NCBI GenBank assembly: GCA_037447605.1
Contig: CM074805.1
Location: forward strand, 1,087,361 to 1,151,360
Direction of reading: 5' to 3'
From: Zygnema circumcarinatum SAG 698-1b
Lineage: Eukaryota; Plantae; Zygnematophyceae
DNA: 64,000 nt
A program made the position numbers and the translations under genes. The notes below the pieces were generated by a model that searched no databases, had not been told where the DNA came from, and worked only from the letters and a program-made list of their open reading frames with translations. Positions 26,901-39,832 of this stretch are shown one piece after another (within the stretch, counting starts at the first letter, position 1; each line of letters starts with the position of its first letter).

Positions 26901-28873
26901 TCTGCCACCTGCTGTGCAAGCTGGACACAAACCGCAAGCAATCGGGGAACAAGTCGTAGCTGTGTGATTGCATAGTGCTGGCCCAAAAAAAACGAGCAGA
27001 AGGAATCACTCAGTATTTGCTTCGTCTATATCGATCGGAAATTCATAGTTGAAATACACTGGAAATTGCAAAATCATGTATTTGCTATCAAGCGAAGTTG
27101 TCAGGACGAGCGCAAGGGGAGGGTCCCAGTTGAGCGTTCCCAGTTTCCAGTATGTATTGTCCTAGAAACAAGACAAAAGTAGAAGGTTGCTGTTAAACCA
27201 GCCTGGCCTTCAACCAGAATCTTGGAAGCCCGTACCTGTAAAGCAGACGCGCCCCAGCAAGGAAGGAGGATATCCTTGGCAAGTCCACTTTCGAGGGTAC
27301 GGTTGTTTGATCGAGCACCAAATGCATCTCCAGCAAGGAGAGCCAACATGTGTGCTTGTTCAGAGACAGCATCGCCAGACGAACCTGCACATATGTTAAT
27401 GCAGATAATTTCTTACGGGTACATTCAAAACAAAATCCACCCAGATAAACATGGCTGATTGGAACTTCTACGAGACACATGGACTTCTACAAACTATCAA
27501 AGGCCAGCAGGGCTCCGCGAAAATGGGTTGATAGGTCCCCAGAAAAGGTTGATTATCATTATGTAGACAGATTGGACAACTGCTTACTTGTTGCCAAAAC
27601 TCCTGTGGGGCTCACATGGGCTGTTGCTCCTGTGAAAAATGGAAAGTCATCCCTTGAAAGGTCCAGCAAGACCTTTGTTGCTGCATCTCCCCGTTCAGCT
27701 GCTCGTCCATCCAGGACCAAAGTAGCAAGGAGCAATACAGCTCGAAACTGTAGCTGCACGGAGGCAGGTCGAGTATAAGGGCCTAGTATACAACCTTCAA
27801 AAGTTCGATTCATTAACTTGAAAACGGATTTATTTTAGCGAACCTCAGTAATGGCTGAAATTTGAGAAATGGCCGTTTATTTCACGAAAATATTCTACGA
27901 TTCTTTAAAGAGATCCCAATATAAAACAAAGTCTCATCGATAAGGCAGTTGTATTTTCTCATGAAGCACTTCAACCGTGCCGATTGGAAGCTTGAGCTAA
28001 AAACAAATAGTACTCAATTATCTTCAAGTTCTGCTGCGGAATTAATGTCAGCTGTATGCCGTAGCATTTTGCGGGGACGGACACTTCCTTGCAAGCCACC
28101 CCTTGACGCAACCGATGCATAACTCAAGGCATCAAGAGGTGGGAGGACTTCATACCTGCTGTTCGTATAGACCTTGCTTCAGCAAAAAGTCAGTGGAAGG
28201 AGAAGGCTTTTCGAGAATAGTAAGACACAAGTTCACACCAGCTCTGAAAACCTTGAAAAGCAATTCTCTTTGTGAACAAGGTCCTGTGAAATAAAAAATT
28301 GCAAAAGAAGAGAATAATTACATAAAAGAGTCGGAATGCTTTCGAAACTAGAAGTGCACCAAGGATATGACTTGAAACATGGAAAAAAAAATATTTTTTC
28401 TCCTTATTGATTCGTTAAGAATTCTTCTCGCTTTTCAATTTCCCTAGGTGGTTCTCTGAATCTACCGCAAGCTCCAACCCAATGCAACGGACGACGAGGC
28501 CAGCGGTGTTATCCATAAAGACATTAAAAAAGTGCCTCCAGCTAATTTTCTAATTAACCCTTACAACGCTTTGCTTACTGCATATTATCCTGTATCAGCT
28601 GCCGAGTTTGGAAAAACTTATCCATTTTGAGAAAGGTAGAGACCATAAATCCGGTTTAAGTGCCAATATTCACGTACCTGTCTCCAATTGTAAGGATTTA
28701 CAGGCCAGAGCGTCTGTAATCGCAACCGGATATTTCAACCGTTGAGAATCCGCATCCTTGTCTTCCAGTAAGGATACAAGAACCTCGAGCCCTCCATCGA
28801 ATTCACACCCATGCAGTTGGAACCGGCCCTGCCTCAGCGCTTCAAACAGGTGCAGCAGCGCTGTCTCAGCCAT
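2945..28873 (-). CDS. BIG: Auxin transport protein BIG / E3 ligase UBR4 orthologue; about 33 exons, roughly 5,700 aa by hand estimate
   Basis: Recognisable motifs: UBR box ([23 protein letters not shown]...RFFCDCGAG), ZZ finger (CCDGCKKCP...[13 protein letters not shown]), Cys-rich domain ([34 protein letters not shown]), [20 protein letters not shown]-terminal hemiRING region (CMVCREGY...[10 protein letters not shown]...[12 protein letters not shown]) and the end [11 protein letters not shown]. Exon phases join consistently from [10 protein letters not shown] at 28873 to the stop at 2945. Confidence 0.97.
11385..11540 (-). other. BIG cysteine-rich domain
   Basis: [52 protein letters not shown], close to the land-plant BIG sequence as recalled. 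Confidence 0.9.
15745..15850 (-). other. BIG ZZ-type zinc finger
   Basis: [32 protein letters not shown] fits the ZZ consensus. Confidence 0.9.
21553..21728 (-). other. BIG UBR-box zinc finger
   Basis: [59 protein letters not shown]. Confidence 0.92.
24449..24506. repeat. AT-rich degenerate AATAATTC/AATTC tandem repeat in a BIG intron
   Basis: caattcaatattaataattcaataattcaataatttttaataattcaattcaattc. Confidence 0.75.
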
Positions 28874-29525
28874 GGCTACGACTGAGACATACCTCAACAA
28901 ACGGCTTCCTACTCACAGTGCCTCCTCCCCTCCTCCCTTCCTCCCCTCCTCCCCTCCTCCCCTGCCGCAGAATTCTGTGTCTTCCAGTCCTCCAAAAACT
29001 CCCACGACTCCTGTTTCCAATACGGTAGAAGAAGGGATGCTATCTTTTCTTCTGCAGCACCCCCACGGAAGGATGGTATATATATCTTGCTCGTGGTTTG
29101 TATCAACCTCAGAATACAATACTCGGCCCGAGGAAAAAGCGCTCCTCTGGTCACTCCGGTCTCTCGCCACGAAGGAGCTTGGGAGCCCTCTTTTCTTTTG
29201 GCAAAAGTAACTTCTACTACTCAACTATTGTCCAATGGCGACCCGCCACGTATACAAAATTGTACACGTGGCATGTCGACATTGGCAGATGCTTGTATAT
29301 AGGGCTGTTCACGGTTTAAGGCTCGTCTGAGAGGCCTGCGTGAGGGCGCCAGCTGTGGTCGTCCCAGCAGCAAATCGGAGCTCACATCTTCTGTATGCGA
29401 AAGCTTTGCGGAAGAAGAAAAATAAAAAACATAATAAAAAGTTTTATGACGTTTGCGCCATAAGACTGTATTTTCCTCTAGTAGGGCGGCGATAGGAGAG
29501 AGAGGCACACATAGAACAAGTGAGG
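28874..29525. promoter_or_regulatory. Bidirectional promoter between BIG and SYTF
   Basis: Only ~650 nt separate the divergent ATGs. G-box CACGTG at 29265; CCT-rich 5' UTR on the BIG side. Confidence 0.6.
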
Positions 29526-32500
29526 ATGTCGCTAGTGCGAGGAAACAAGGCAAGGAAGCTGAAGATCGAATATGAAAGCTCGGTTTTGCAGAGTAGAGAT
29601 GGGAAGAATGAGTCGCTGCTTGCAGACAGCTCTGTCTTGCAATACGTGGCGCTTATAATGCTCATCTCTTGGGGATTGGAGCACTGGCTGGGACGTTTTG
29701 CTTACACCTGGGCCGTCCTGGGAGCTGCATTTTGGATCACTTCTCTGGTACTGAATGGTTTTTGCGCCGTAGTTTTCCTTTTTTTATTTTTCGCTGTGCT
29801 TTATAAAGTTTCTCCCCGCAAGAAGAGTGGCTTGTTGGCTACCATTGTGCGAAATCATGGTCAGTTTGATAGAGTATTTTGGTTGGGCGATCACTTTCTC
29901 TTTTTAAACAACTTAGTGTAATGAAGAAGGTCAGGCAGTTGTTATCTGTAACCTCGCCGATCAATGCGCCGTCCGACGAGAGCCTTTACATGGCTTGACG
30001 TGGTCGGGACTGATTTAAGCCACAGGATGGCATGGGGTTGTTACGCAGCATGCACAGCGGCGAAGGCACCAGGAGCTTGAGAAACAGAGAATTCAGCTGA
30101 ACAGTTATTGGAAGCAAGAACTTATAAGAAACCAGGTCTTTTGCTCATCTATCCTGGAGATCGTATGAAGCCTGTGCTTGAGTGTAAGCTGCAATATTCT
30201 GTCCTTTGTCGGACTTAGCTAGTGGATACGTTTCTGTTTTCAGCAAAGCCAGCCTGTCGTGATTGCTTCCCGGTAGGCGTGTAAGAAAGTGGGTTTTTCT
30301 ATCAGCATCCCCGTTCAGTCGAGTCCCTAGATTTTACAAAATAAAGTTTCATAACGCCATCTGGTCATTCACTATACTCAGCTCGTTCCCGACAACGTGG
30401 GGTTCTTTTCGCGAAGAGTTTTAAGCAGTTTCCAATCTCCTTAGAGCCTGGACGAGATCTGCTTTATTGTGCGGTTGACTTCAGGTGATTTTAGAAAAAT
30501 ATCATTAATGATCTGATGACTTTCTAGAAGTGATATTGACAGTTTGGATAAACGTGGACAGCCAATTACAGGCAAGGAAGCAACAGAATGGCTGAGCAAA
30601 TTGTTGCTGAAGTTGTGGCCCAATGTTGTGGAACCTCGACTCTTCCAAAAGGCACAACGATGGGCTGAGGTAGGCCGAACTCGATTCTGAAATGTAACCC
30701 TGGAAACCTTCAAAACCTGTGGAAGAAGTCAATGCTGGGTACGTTTTTTCTAAGGAATGCACTGCAAGGACCCATCGTGGGGAAATCAGGCTGCACTTTA
30801 TTGTCACAATAACTGATATCCTGACATCGCAATCCAATATACTTTTAGATAGTCTCCGAGAGCGTCTGTTCCAAAAATGTCACAGAGATGAACTTCTGGC
30901 TCCCTAATGACACGTTGACCGATGAATTGCTTAGTGAGATCTTTCCTATCATTTTCTCCCTCTCACACTTTTTAGCTTTTTGGAAGCTCTGAGGCAGATA
31001 TTGTGATCAATAGCATTTCCAATTAAATACTTCTTGCATTGATAAAAATATTCATGTTCAATGGCAAGGTAGAATTCATTTGAAGCATCATAAATTTGGT
31101 GAAATTTATTGAGAAGTATGACAATGGAAGAATCACCCAAAATTGCAATTGGGGGCCCCAGTATTTCCTCTAATCTGGAGACGTGATGAGACATTGGAAG
31201 AGCATGTGAAACTTACTTATTTTGGATAGCATGTCAGGGCTAGGGGTCAGCAGCCACTCAAACACAAAACTTTTTGCTGAGTCAACACCTATATAACTAA
31301 AAATTCTAACATATGAATGAAAGCTGAAGCCGGTTTATGATCTCCATCTCGCTTAAGCAACTGTCTCAATGGGTGAGTCCTGCTAACAACTTTTTTTACA
31401 ACTTTAATTGGACTGCGTGTTTCCTTTGTCATCTGTTGGAGTTACCGGTTAACTTGAATTCTGCTGAGAGCGGTTGGGATGCAGAGAAACGTAGCGAGTG
31501 GGAAACCGCGGAGTATCGTAAGTTATTGCATCTTCCACAGAACCTCTACCTGATGTTGCAAGGGCTACCTTGATCTGGCCTGCAGCTGCAAAAGGCATTA
31601 AATCGTGCAAGTTTTGTTATCATGGGCGTTGCAGAGAAGGATTGAATTGAAGGACTTCACGCTCGGAAATGCAGCACCCGAAATAGGGTTAGGCCGGACA
31701 TTTTGGTCTACCGACCAGGCTGGACAGGTCTGCAAACAAAGTGTTCATTCACATTAACCTGCTTTTGTGAACCAAGGGAACCGTCCCCTACCCAATGTGA
31801 TTGTCGACTGTTTTGACAATAGTGAAACTTATGTGCTTACGTCCAGCCAGCGAAACAATATGAAGAACCAATACTCATAGCCAGCAAAATCGGCTTAGAA
31901 CCTTGTTCGATTTCACCTTGATGTAAGCTTCAAGCCTTTACGTACGAAGCCGTCAAGGCTCAGTACCAAGCTTGTTTTGGGCACAAAGTCCCTCCTATGT
32001 TATCTGCTCAATGATGCAGGAGGTCCTCAATACTGGCTTAAAGTGGGTGAGCCATGGGTTACAAGTGACTTTGGCCTTGCATCGGGGAGGCTTGCAATCG
32101 AGTGAAGTGGCCGATGTAATCATCAGCAGCATACAAATTCATGGAGATGTGAGTGGTAAATCATGGTTCATTCCTCGTGCTACTGAGGGTCGGAACTATG
32201 CTATTTCAGCTTGGCTACTGGGTTTCTTTGCCCTCCAGCTGAATGGGTTGTAACGGCGGATAAATTACTTGCTGCTCCCAATAGGATATCAACCTGCTTA
32301 GACTAGTATGACGCATGAATGCTGGATACTATGGGAAGCCACAAATCCGTGTTGACGGAAAGCAGCTGAATAGGACGGTAACAGTTGTAACTTTTGCTTG
32401 TTTAGAGACCTGGTGTGAAGTGGGACAATGTCCTTCTGGCTTTGCCGTCTCCAGTTTATCTGCGTACAAGAGAAATAGAGGGACATTTGAGCAGCGGGTT

Positions 32501-35500
32501 TTTGCTTCCCTACGCAGCTGCGGATCTTGCCCATTCTGGACGGCCAGGGCCTGCTTTACAGCTTTGCCAGCATGCCTGAGGTCAACATTTCTTTGGCTCT
32601 TTCTCCTGAAAGTCAATTCCTTCCCACGGATGTCACAGGGATTCAATTATGGCTGGTAGGCTCCCTTTTTCCATCCACTTCATGGTTACAACCTCGTCAG
32701 ACTACACCAGTCATTGTTCGCTATTCGTTTTTTTTTACTTTTTTGCTTGTCGTCAGAAAATCTTCCTCAGATTCTACACGTAGCTATACTTACTGATTTG
32801 CTGGTTGGTCTTTGCTTATCATCGGGAGCAAAGTTTTGCTATAATCCATGAGGGACTTGACAATCCTGTCGTTGTTTGGTCAACCCTAGTCAGACTCCTT
32901 CCAATAAAATGCTGAGCCTTTTTCTCTCTTGATTTATTCTAACTTTAAACTCGTCCTTCCCTGTTGGCGTCCCTGTTTTTATCGGCCTTTGCAACCCTAA
33001 TATTTGCAGGAGAATCTATTATCCGAATCTCTTCATTTCGCTATTGAAGCCCCTGGTCATCATTTGTGGACTCTTGTCCCGGTGAACCTTAACAAGACAG
33101 CCATTGGTGGCTCACTTACTGTGACTGTGCTCTCGGCCAGCAATCTAAGCCGTCTCTCCCGCGACTCTGCTGCTACTTCCGTGGGGGAAAATCTGGGCAA
33201 TCACAATGTGCAGAGAGGACGGCAGCTTGAAAACATGAGAGTCGTGGGACCTACCTTTGTGGAGGTAGTATTTGAAAATGTGCAAAGGAAAACGTCGGTG
33301 GCAACTAAGAGCGGGCCGAATCCGGAGTGGGGAGATTCTCTGAGCCTGGTCATGCACGACAGTGAGGGGCTGCTGCAACTTTCTGTTTATGAACAGAGTC
33401 AAGATGGAGGTGTTTATGAATTTCTTGGAAGTTGCAATATCAAGGTGGGTTGCCGAGACAGTACATCTCGTTAGGGCAGTCGTTGGAGCGGTGAAAGAGG
33501 TTCTTGGCTTGGCCGCCTTCTACAATGATAGGTGCACTTTCATAGATTGTCTATTTCTATGACTTGTTTTCCTTCGTTCACATTCTAGCAACAGCACCAT
33601 GCCATAGGGTATGGTAAGATGGTTGTCTTGTTACTTATCAATTGGAACATCATGCAGGCATTGAACATGCTCTCGTATACAGTCTTTACTAGTAGAGGTT
33701 GTGAACCCAGCTATTACAATTAAAACGTCCGGGCCCTTCGGAAGGGCAGTTATGCTTGAAGTTCTCAGTAGAGACTCTCCCGTCTGTTTGATACCGTAAA
33801 TATTGTCGTCTGAATGGGCGACACAGTTAGTGACTGAAGTTTTTCTGCTCAATTGAACGTTGTCATACTTGACCTCATAAGGCATGCCAATGCAGGTGAA
33901 GTATGCGGAGGATGACTCGACCTTCTACTGGGCAGTTGGGTCTGGAGAGAGAGTGATTGCAGCAAGAAGTGAACGAGCAGGACTTCCAGTGGAGCTCGCG
34001 GTGCCGTTGCAGCATGCCCCTACAGGAATTGTATGTCCTTACTGTGAACACCCATTGCCCTCTTTGTATACCACTCGTTTTGAGCACAGTTCATCTGATT
34101 CTGAGGTACTCTGATCCAGTCGCTCCTGTCCTTACAAGCTTTGGGAATCTTGGTGTAAGAATCAGGTGGGCTCTGAGTTTTTTCCAGCCAGTATGGTTTG
34201 TTGATTTGTACTGTTTGGACCATTGCCCACAACAACTGTTCAGTCGTTAATTGAAGGTAGATCATTCTTGAATGTGCCCAACCTCAGAGACTGCCTCGTC
34301 GGGGAGTACGTAATATTGCTGCAATTTGGCTTCCCATTTTGAAATGGCGCTTGTTGACCCCATCCTCGCCGGTTTTTCTGGCCACGATTTTCTTGCTTGC
34401 GCAGATTACTGTGCGAATAACCCTTGGAGAGTGGCTGTTTGCACACGATGCGAGTGGAGTGGTGCCTCTTTCAAAGCCTGTGAATGTACTAGAAGAACAG
34501 TTCCCCCAGTTGTGGCCACCCTTGAGGACAATGACAGGCCGCACGTTACGCATCACAGTTTTGGAAGGCAGAGGTCTGGGAGAGGCAGGGGTCGCATCTC
34601 ACATCAAGCCGTATGTCAGGCTGGAGTACGGGAAGGTGAGGATTGAGGGAGCACTTTACTCTGCTGACAAACAAGTAATGCATGAGTCTAGTGCTTTAAT
34701 TCTCGTTAACTTAGCCAATGGAGCTTTGAAGCCTAGTTGGAGAGGGACTAGAATAGAATACTAGAATATACTAGAATGTTTAGTGCCTCAAGAAACTCTC
34801 AAAGCTAGACAGGTCATGGTCGATCCATGGAAGAAATCACTCAGAGAGCGCCACGCTCACATTTTCGAGCTTCTCCACTTTGCAGCATTCTATGCGAACA
34901 AAGGCAGTCGGCGACATAAATCCTGTATGGCAGCAGGAGTTCAACTTTGCTGAACTCACTGGAGGCGAGGAGCTGCGGCTCAGCTGCTGGAATGCTGCAA
35001 CGTGGCAGCATCACAGCCTTGGAACCGCCCGAATAAACACTCAAGTGAGCAGTTAAACTCCATCTCCAACTTTCTTTCTGTATGTGTGGTTGCTTTTAGA
35101 AGCGTTCAAGCTGGCATTCCCTCACTGATCGCTCCTTGGAAGGGCTGATGGTGGGCCTACTTCAGGTGCTGGCTGAGGGTTCCCCAAAAAAGTTGCGATT
35201 GCAGCTTGAAAGGGTTGAGAGTGGAGAGATATGGATTAGTGCAGAAATCGGAAAGCGGGATCGGTCAGCAGCCGTTACACCCAGCAACAAAGAAGCCAAT
35301 GTTTCGGTGAGAAGAACAGGCACTGTCACAGGCAATTCACACAGTTCACGTCTTGACAATTTTTATCATGGTTGTTGTCAGGATGACGAGTGGCTGAAGG
35401 CTCCTCTATGTCATGGCCTTGTTGGAATGCAATATAGGGTTCAGAATATTAATAATTTGTTAATCTTAAGTTTCAAAAGAAATGAGTGTGGTTCTGGATT

Positions 35501-37761
35501 ACCTAGAGGAACGGAAAGCGCGAAATGTCTGAGTTCCCTTGCATCTACGTTCAGAACCTTCTTGGATGCTGCCTCTGATATCATAGAAGTACCTTGCGCT
35601 TCGGACACTGTTGAAATGTTTGTCCTCAGATCGTTGCCGATGCCTTTGCCTCAGCTTTGCTGAACCTAGAAAATTGCATGTTCTTTAACTCTAACGGAGA
35701 GGGGCTTCATATGAACTTCTTAGAGTCTTTTTGAGACATTAGAGCTTGTCAAGGTTTTCACTGAGTGGATTTTCTCTGTTAGGCAATGTGTGGTGTCCTT
35801 AGCTGTCCTTTGCATCCATCACTAGCAATTGTTTTCTTTCTCGTCGTGTCCTCTTTTACATGCAATCTATGTGTGAACTTGGAAGCGATCTTTCCTCAGT
35901 GCTTATCCATCTGTTGCAGGCAAATGCAGAACCAATCAGCAGCAGCAGCAGGGCGGAGGGCAAAGGCCATGGCGGGGAAAGCCTGCGCTTAGTGGTTTTG
36001 GAGGGTCGAAACTTGAAGAATGCAGACCGTAATGGAGAGCTGGATGCATACGTCAGCCTGCACTATGGCAACCTTAAACGAAAAACAAAGGTGAGCGTGC
36101 CTTCTTTCTCGTGAAGTTTAGGCCATATGAGAGTCTGCGAGTTGTAGAAATCTCTTTGATTTCAATTTTTTCAACCCTCGTTGGGCATGCGCTGCCCACT
36201 CTTCGTTGTGAACTACTATATGGAAAGATGTCCTTGCCAAGCCCCAGTGTCAGTAGATCGCAGTAGGTCGCGTTTTCGAAGTAGTTTTCAAAGTGAACCG
36301 GGGCTTGGTATAGACCCGCCGGAGGTATTCAGTCGCGTTCCATGTCACAGGATGGCGATCTCGATTAAGCTTCACATCTCACTGCTGGGATGAATGTGGT
36401 CTTTTTCAGTGAATGTGAGAATGTTCTGTCATCTTTTCTGTAAGCCTTGTACAATGTATACCACTTGAGTTTCCCTATTCTTGAGCATTTTTATATCATT
36501 TTTGTGCGTAATGACCTGTCCTTATCGATGCCTCCTGTTCTATTTTCTTTTGCTGATGTATGGCTGGCAGGTAGTGCAGCGCAGCCGCTCGCCTCAGTGG
36601 AATCAGACCTTTGTCTTTCCTCTTAATTCAGGGCCACTGCTGCTCCGTGTTAAGGACCACCAGTCTATGTTGACCACTCAATCTATTGGCCAGCTGGAGA
36701 TCGATCCGCACAGTTTTGCTCCCAATGAAACAGACGACAGGTGAGGGAGGGTACATGTGCTCCTCGCTGACTTGTGAAATTGTTTGACAAGTTCAATCAG
36801 GCTGGCGAGGGATCGGTTTTGCTTCATGGAGTGGCTGTTTGTTCCTTATATGAGCAGTTGACTAGAGCCACCAGTCAAGCTTGAGGACAAGGGTCGTCGT
36901 TCATGCATGTGGCCCACATTACACCCATTTTTTTTGTTGGATTATGTAAAGGGGGAATGTTAAAGGCATTACTAATTCTGAAAGAAAAGCACCAGGTGGC
37001 ATGCTATGAAGGAGACCGGTGGAGGTGAGGTCCGACTCCAAGTCACTCGCGTGAAGTCAGAAACTGAGATAAAGCCCCCCCCGGTTCACACTTCTGACGC
37101 TTCTACGAGTATGAAACTGCAAAAAACTTCCCAAAAGGTGAGCAGCTGTGGAAAATGCATGAAAATGTCTCTTTGAATTTTTATACAAGTCGCAGTTTTT
37201 TGCTCAGTCAAATCGCAAAAACTGTGCGTACTGTACTGCCCTTACTTTCAAGAGTCGTTTCCTATCAGATGATTCTAACAGCATGCTTTTTGTATAATTG
37301 AGTGGTCTTGTCGTCGATGGGCATTGTTAAGGCACATTTTCCTTAATTGCATTGGCAGTACTACAACCAACCATCTCCCAAGGCATCTTAGTTGTCTGAT
37401 GGATGGGCTTTTATGAACTGTGCTAGTTCAGGCAATCTATTGCCAATTCTGTCTGTATTGTATATCCTTTCTTTATGCACCAAGACAGTTTTTTCATGTG
37501 ATGATAATTCTTTCGACCTTAGAAGTTGTGGTTAGAGACTTAAGTCCTCGCCCTTGTTGCTGTATGCAGTTGCGGCGGCTTTTGCAGGAAGGGCTCTCTC
37601 TGGTGGAAGGCACGGAATTCAATGATGTGCAGCGAATGATCGAAGACGTGGCATGGCATGAAGATGAACGGGAGAGCCTCATCGCGCAGCTTCAGAAGGA
37701 CCGAGACCTCCTCATTTTTAAAGTGAAGCAGCTGGAACAGGCCGTTGCCGATTTTCTGTGA
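29526..37761 (+). CDS. SYTF: Extended synaptotagmin-like protein (N-terminal TM, SMP domain, three C2 domains, C-terminal coiled coil), SYTF/NTMC2T3-like
   Basis: Exons read WGLEHWLGRFAYTWAVLGAAFW, EATEWLSKLLLKLWPNVVEPRL, ERIELKDFTLG, KTAIGGSLTVTVLSASNL, VKYAEDDSTFYWAVGSG, GRTLRITVLEGRGL, LRLVVLEGRNLKNADRNGELDAYV and SPQWNQTFVFP...HSFAPNETDD, collinear with Arabidopsis SYTF as recalled. The exons just after the TM and one junction (31518-31634) are unresolved. Confidence 0.88.
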
Positions 37762-39029
37762 CACGTGAGCGTGCACAGCAACAGATGTGCTGATCCGACT
37801 GTGCTGCTCAAATCAGGTCAAATTTTGATAGACATTTGGCAGATTATTGCTGTGTGGAATGGACTCCTGAAGGTGCGGGTGCAACTTCCTTCCTATGTCT
37901 GTCTATATTGTAAAGAAACGATGGAAGAGGTGCCTGTGTGGAGTCTGTTTATTTATGTTGGCCCATGGCCTCATGGGGCCAAAAGGTTATGTCATGTGTC
38001 GTTGGACTGTACCTGAAGCTGAGATCATCGGAACATCAAATAGCGGGCGAAATGAATTCGCCTCCATTCTTCTTGTTTGCTTCTGCATTTTGTGTCGTCG
38101 AAAGCCGGGTTCAACAGGGGATTCCATTTTGCCGAGTTCCATATGGCTTTAGTGGCGAACAAGCGAGCAATTCTGTTAGTTCACCACGTTAGTTACTATA
38201 TGATGGTTGTGTAGTTGGGTTCTGGAAGGATGCCTGATCCAAGAGGATACTACTTTTAGAGAAAACAGGCAGATGAGTCCCACGCGTTGCCTCCAGGCGT
38301 GTGTGCAGAGCTGGCAAGACCGCTTGAGCATCAAACGCAGTAGTAGTGCCTGGAGCAGTGAGAGCAGAATCAGATTGGCAGTGCTCGCAGGAACAGCAGG
38401 AACAGCGTCAGCAGCATATTCATGGCGGCAGCAGCAGCAGAAGGAGCCAGAAACGGCAACAGTGTGATCGATATAAAAAAACGTTGTTGGTATTCGCGCC
38501 TTACAAAAGTGTATTCAATTTCACTTTGGAAAATCTGGAAAGCCCACCCTTGGAAGGGTTTTGCGACCGCCTCTGACCATCGTGTGGTTGCAAATGCAAA
38601 CCCTAAATTCACAATTTCGATCTTTCCTTTTTGTCCTTGGTCCTTTGTGACCGTTTCCTTTGGTTCCCTATGTTGATTTCATCCATGTACACTTGACTTG
38701 ATGGCCTCGCCATCGTCAGATCAATGCAAGTTCTCCTCTCTGAAAATAAAAAGAGAAGGGAAAGCTCATGGGCGGGTGAAAGGCGAACCGGGACGTCCTG
38801 TCACGATAGTACCGGTTCCATGTTGGCTGTGACATCCCGTTCAACAATAAGATTTTGTTCTCGTTAACGGAGGTAAGAATAGCGTTCATTTTCTCACATG
38901 TGAATGCATCGCAAGTGACACGACCAGTCCTGACTTTCTTAAAGTCACGTCGTGTCGGTACCGTACAGATTTGTTTTCCAACAGCCAATAGGAGAGCGAG
39001 CTGTAACCCACGTGACCAGCCGCAGATTC

Positions 39030-39600
39030 TTCTTAAAATTCGACCAATCAGATCCACGCAGAAATTAATTTTGGCCAATCAGAGTCATGCTGTGGCTTTT
39101 TCGGAGCTGACCGCCTACCCGACAAAAATTCTGAACAGTAACGACAAAAAATAAATCAGGTCTTTTGTCTCCTTGTGGAGCCTCGGAAGATCCGCACTGT
39201 TGACAGCCGACCAGAAATAAGCGACGTGGCATGATCTTGTGGTGCCACGTGGCAGGTCGAGGCGGCGGTGGACCAGGCGGTGGGCAGGCGCGTACTGTAC
39301 TCTCCGCCGGCCAACCGCCAGCGCTGCTGACGTGGAAGGCGGGCAGAAAATACAAAACTCACTTTTTCGGGCAGATGAAACATCATTGGAGAGCCGCTGA
39401 AAGTTTTCCAATGTCAGACTAAAAATTTAATCTGTGCCCCTCGGCAGGTGATTAAATCGGATTTGTAGCCAATCACGTCAGCTCTACCGGTGTGAGAAGA
39501 GCCGATTTGAAATCGGACATGGCATAAAATAAACTTGTTGCTCATGAAAGAAACTTTACTTTCAGAAACGTTTCAAATATAATTCATCAACGAATCAGCG
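39030..39600 (+). promoter_or_regulatory. Probable CTPA3 promoter with G-box and CCAAT elements
   Basis: Perfect 12-bp palindrome TGCCACGTGGCA at 39243-39254, further ACGTGG cores and repeated CCAATCA boxes upstream of a plastid-targeted gene. Confidence 0.5.
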
Positions 39601-39832
39601 GCCACCGGTCAGGCCTCCAAAATGTTTCTAAGTTCCCCTGTCCACTTTCTCGGGCAACGCAAAAAATGTTTCCCTACCGCCCAACCTGCCCGTCGCTGCC
39701 CGCTCAGCGGCTCCCCCGCGTTCCCTCCCCCTCCCCGCATATGAAGACCCTCCCATCCCCTCCCTCGCTCTCTCTCAATCCTTCTCCCTCTCCGTCCCTC
39801 CCCCCTCGTCTCCCTCTCCCTCCCACTTATCC

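Noticed and set aside
3381-29210. Many plus-strand and alternative-frame ORFs across BIG (e.g. 14824-15120, 20717-21148, 22799-23176)
   Set aside because: They are shadows of long BIG exons, with no independent motifs or splice logic.
30949-31194. 81-aa minus-strand ORF in an AT-rich SYTF intron
   Set aside because: No recognisable transposase or retroelement motif and no element ends.
31184-31279. Possible intronic C/D snoRNA (GTGATGA ... CTGA with a 3-bp stem) in SYTF
   Set aside because: Minimal stem, no C'/D' boxes and no recognisable rRNA-antisense guide.
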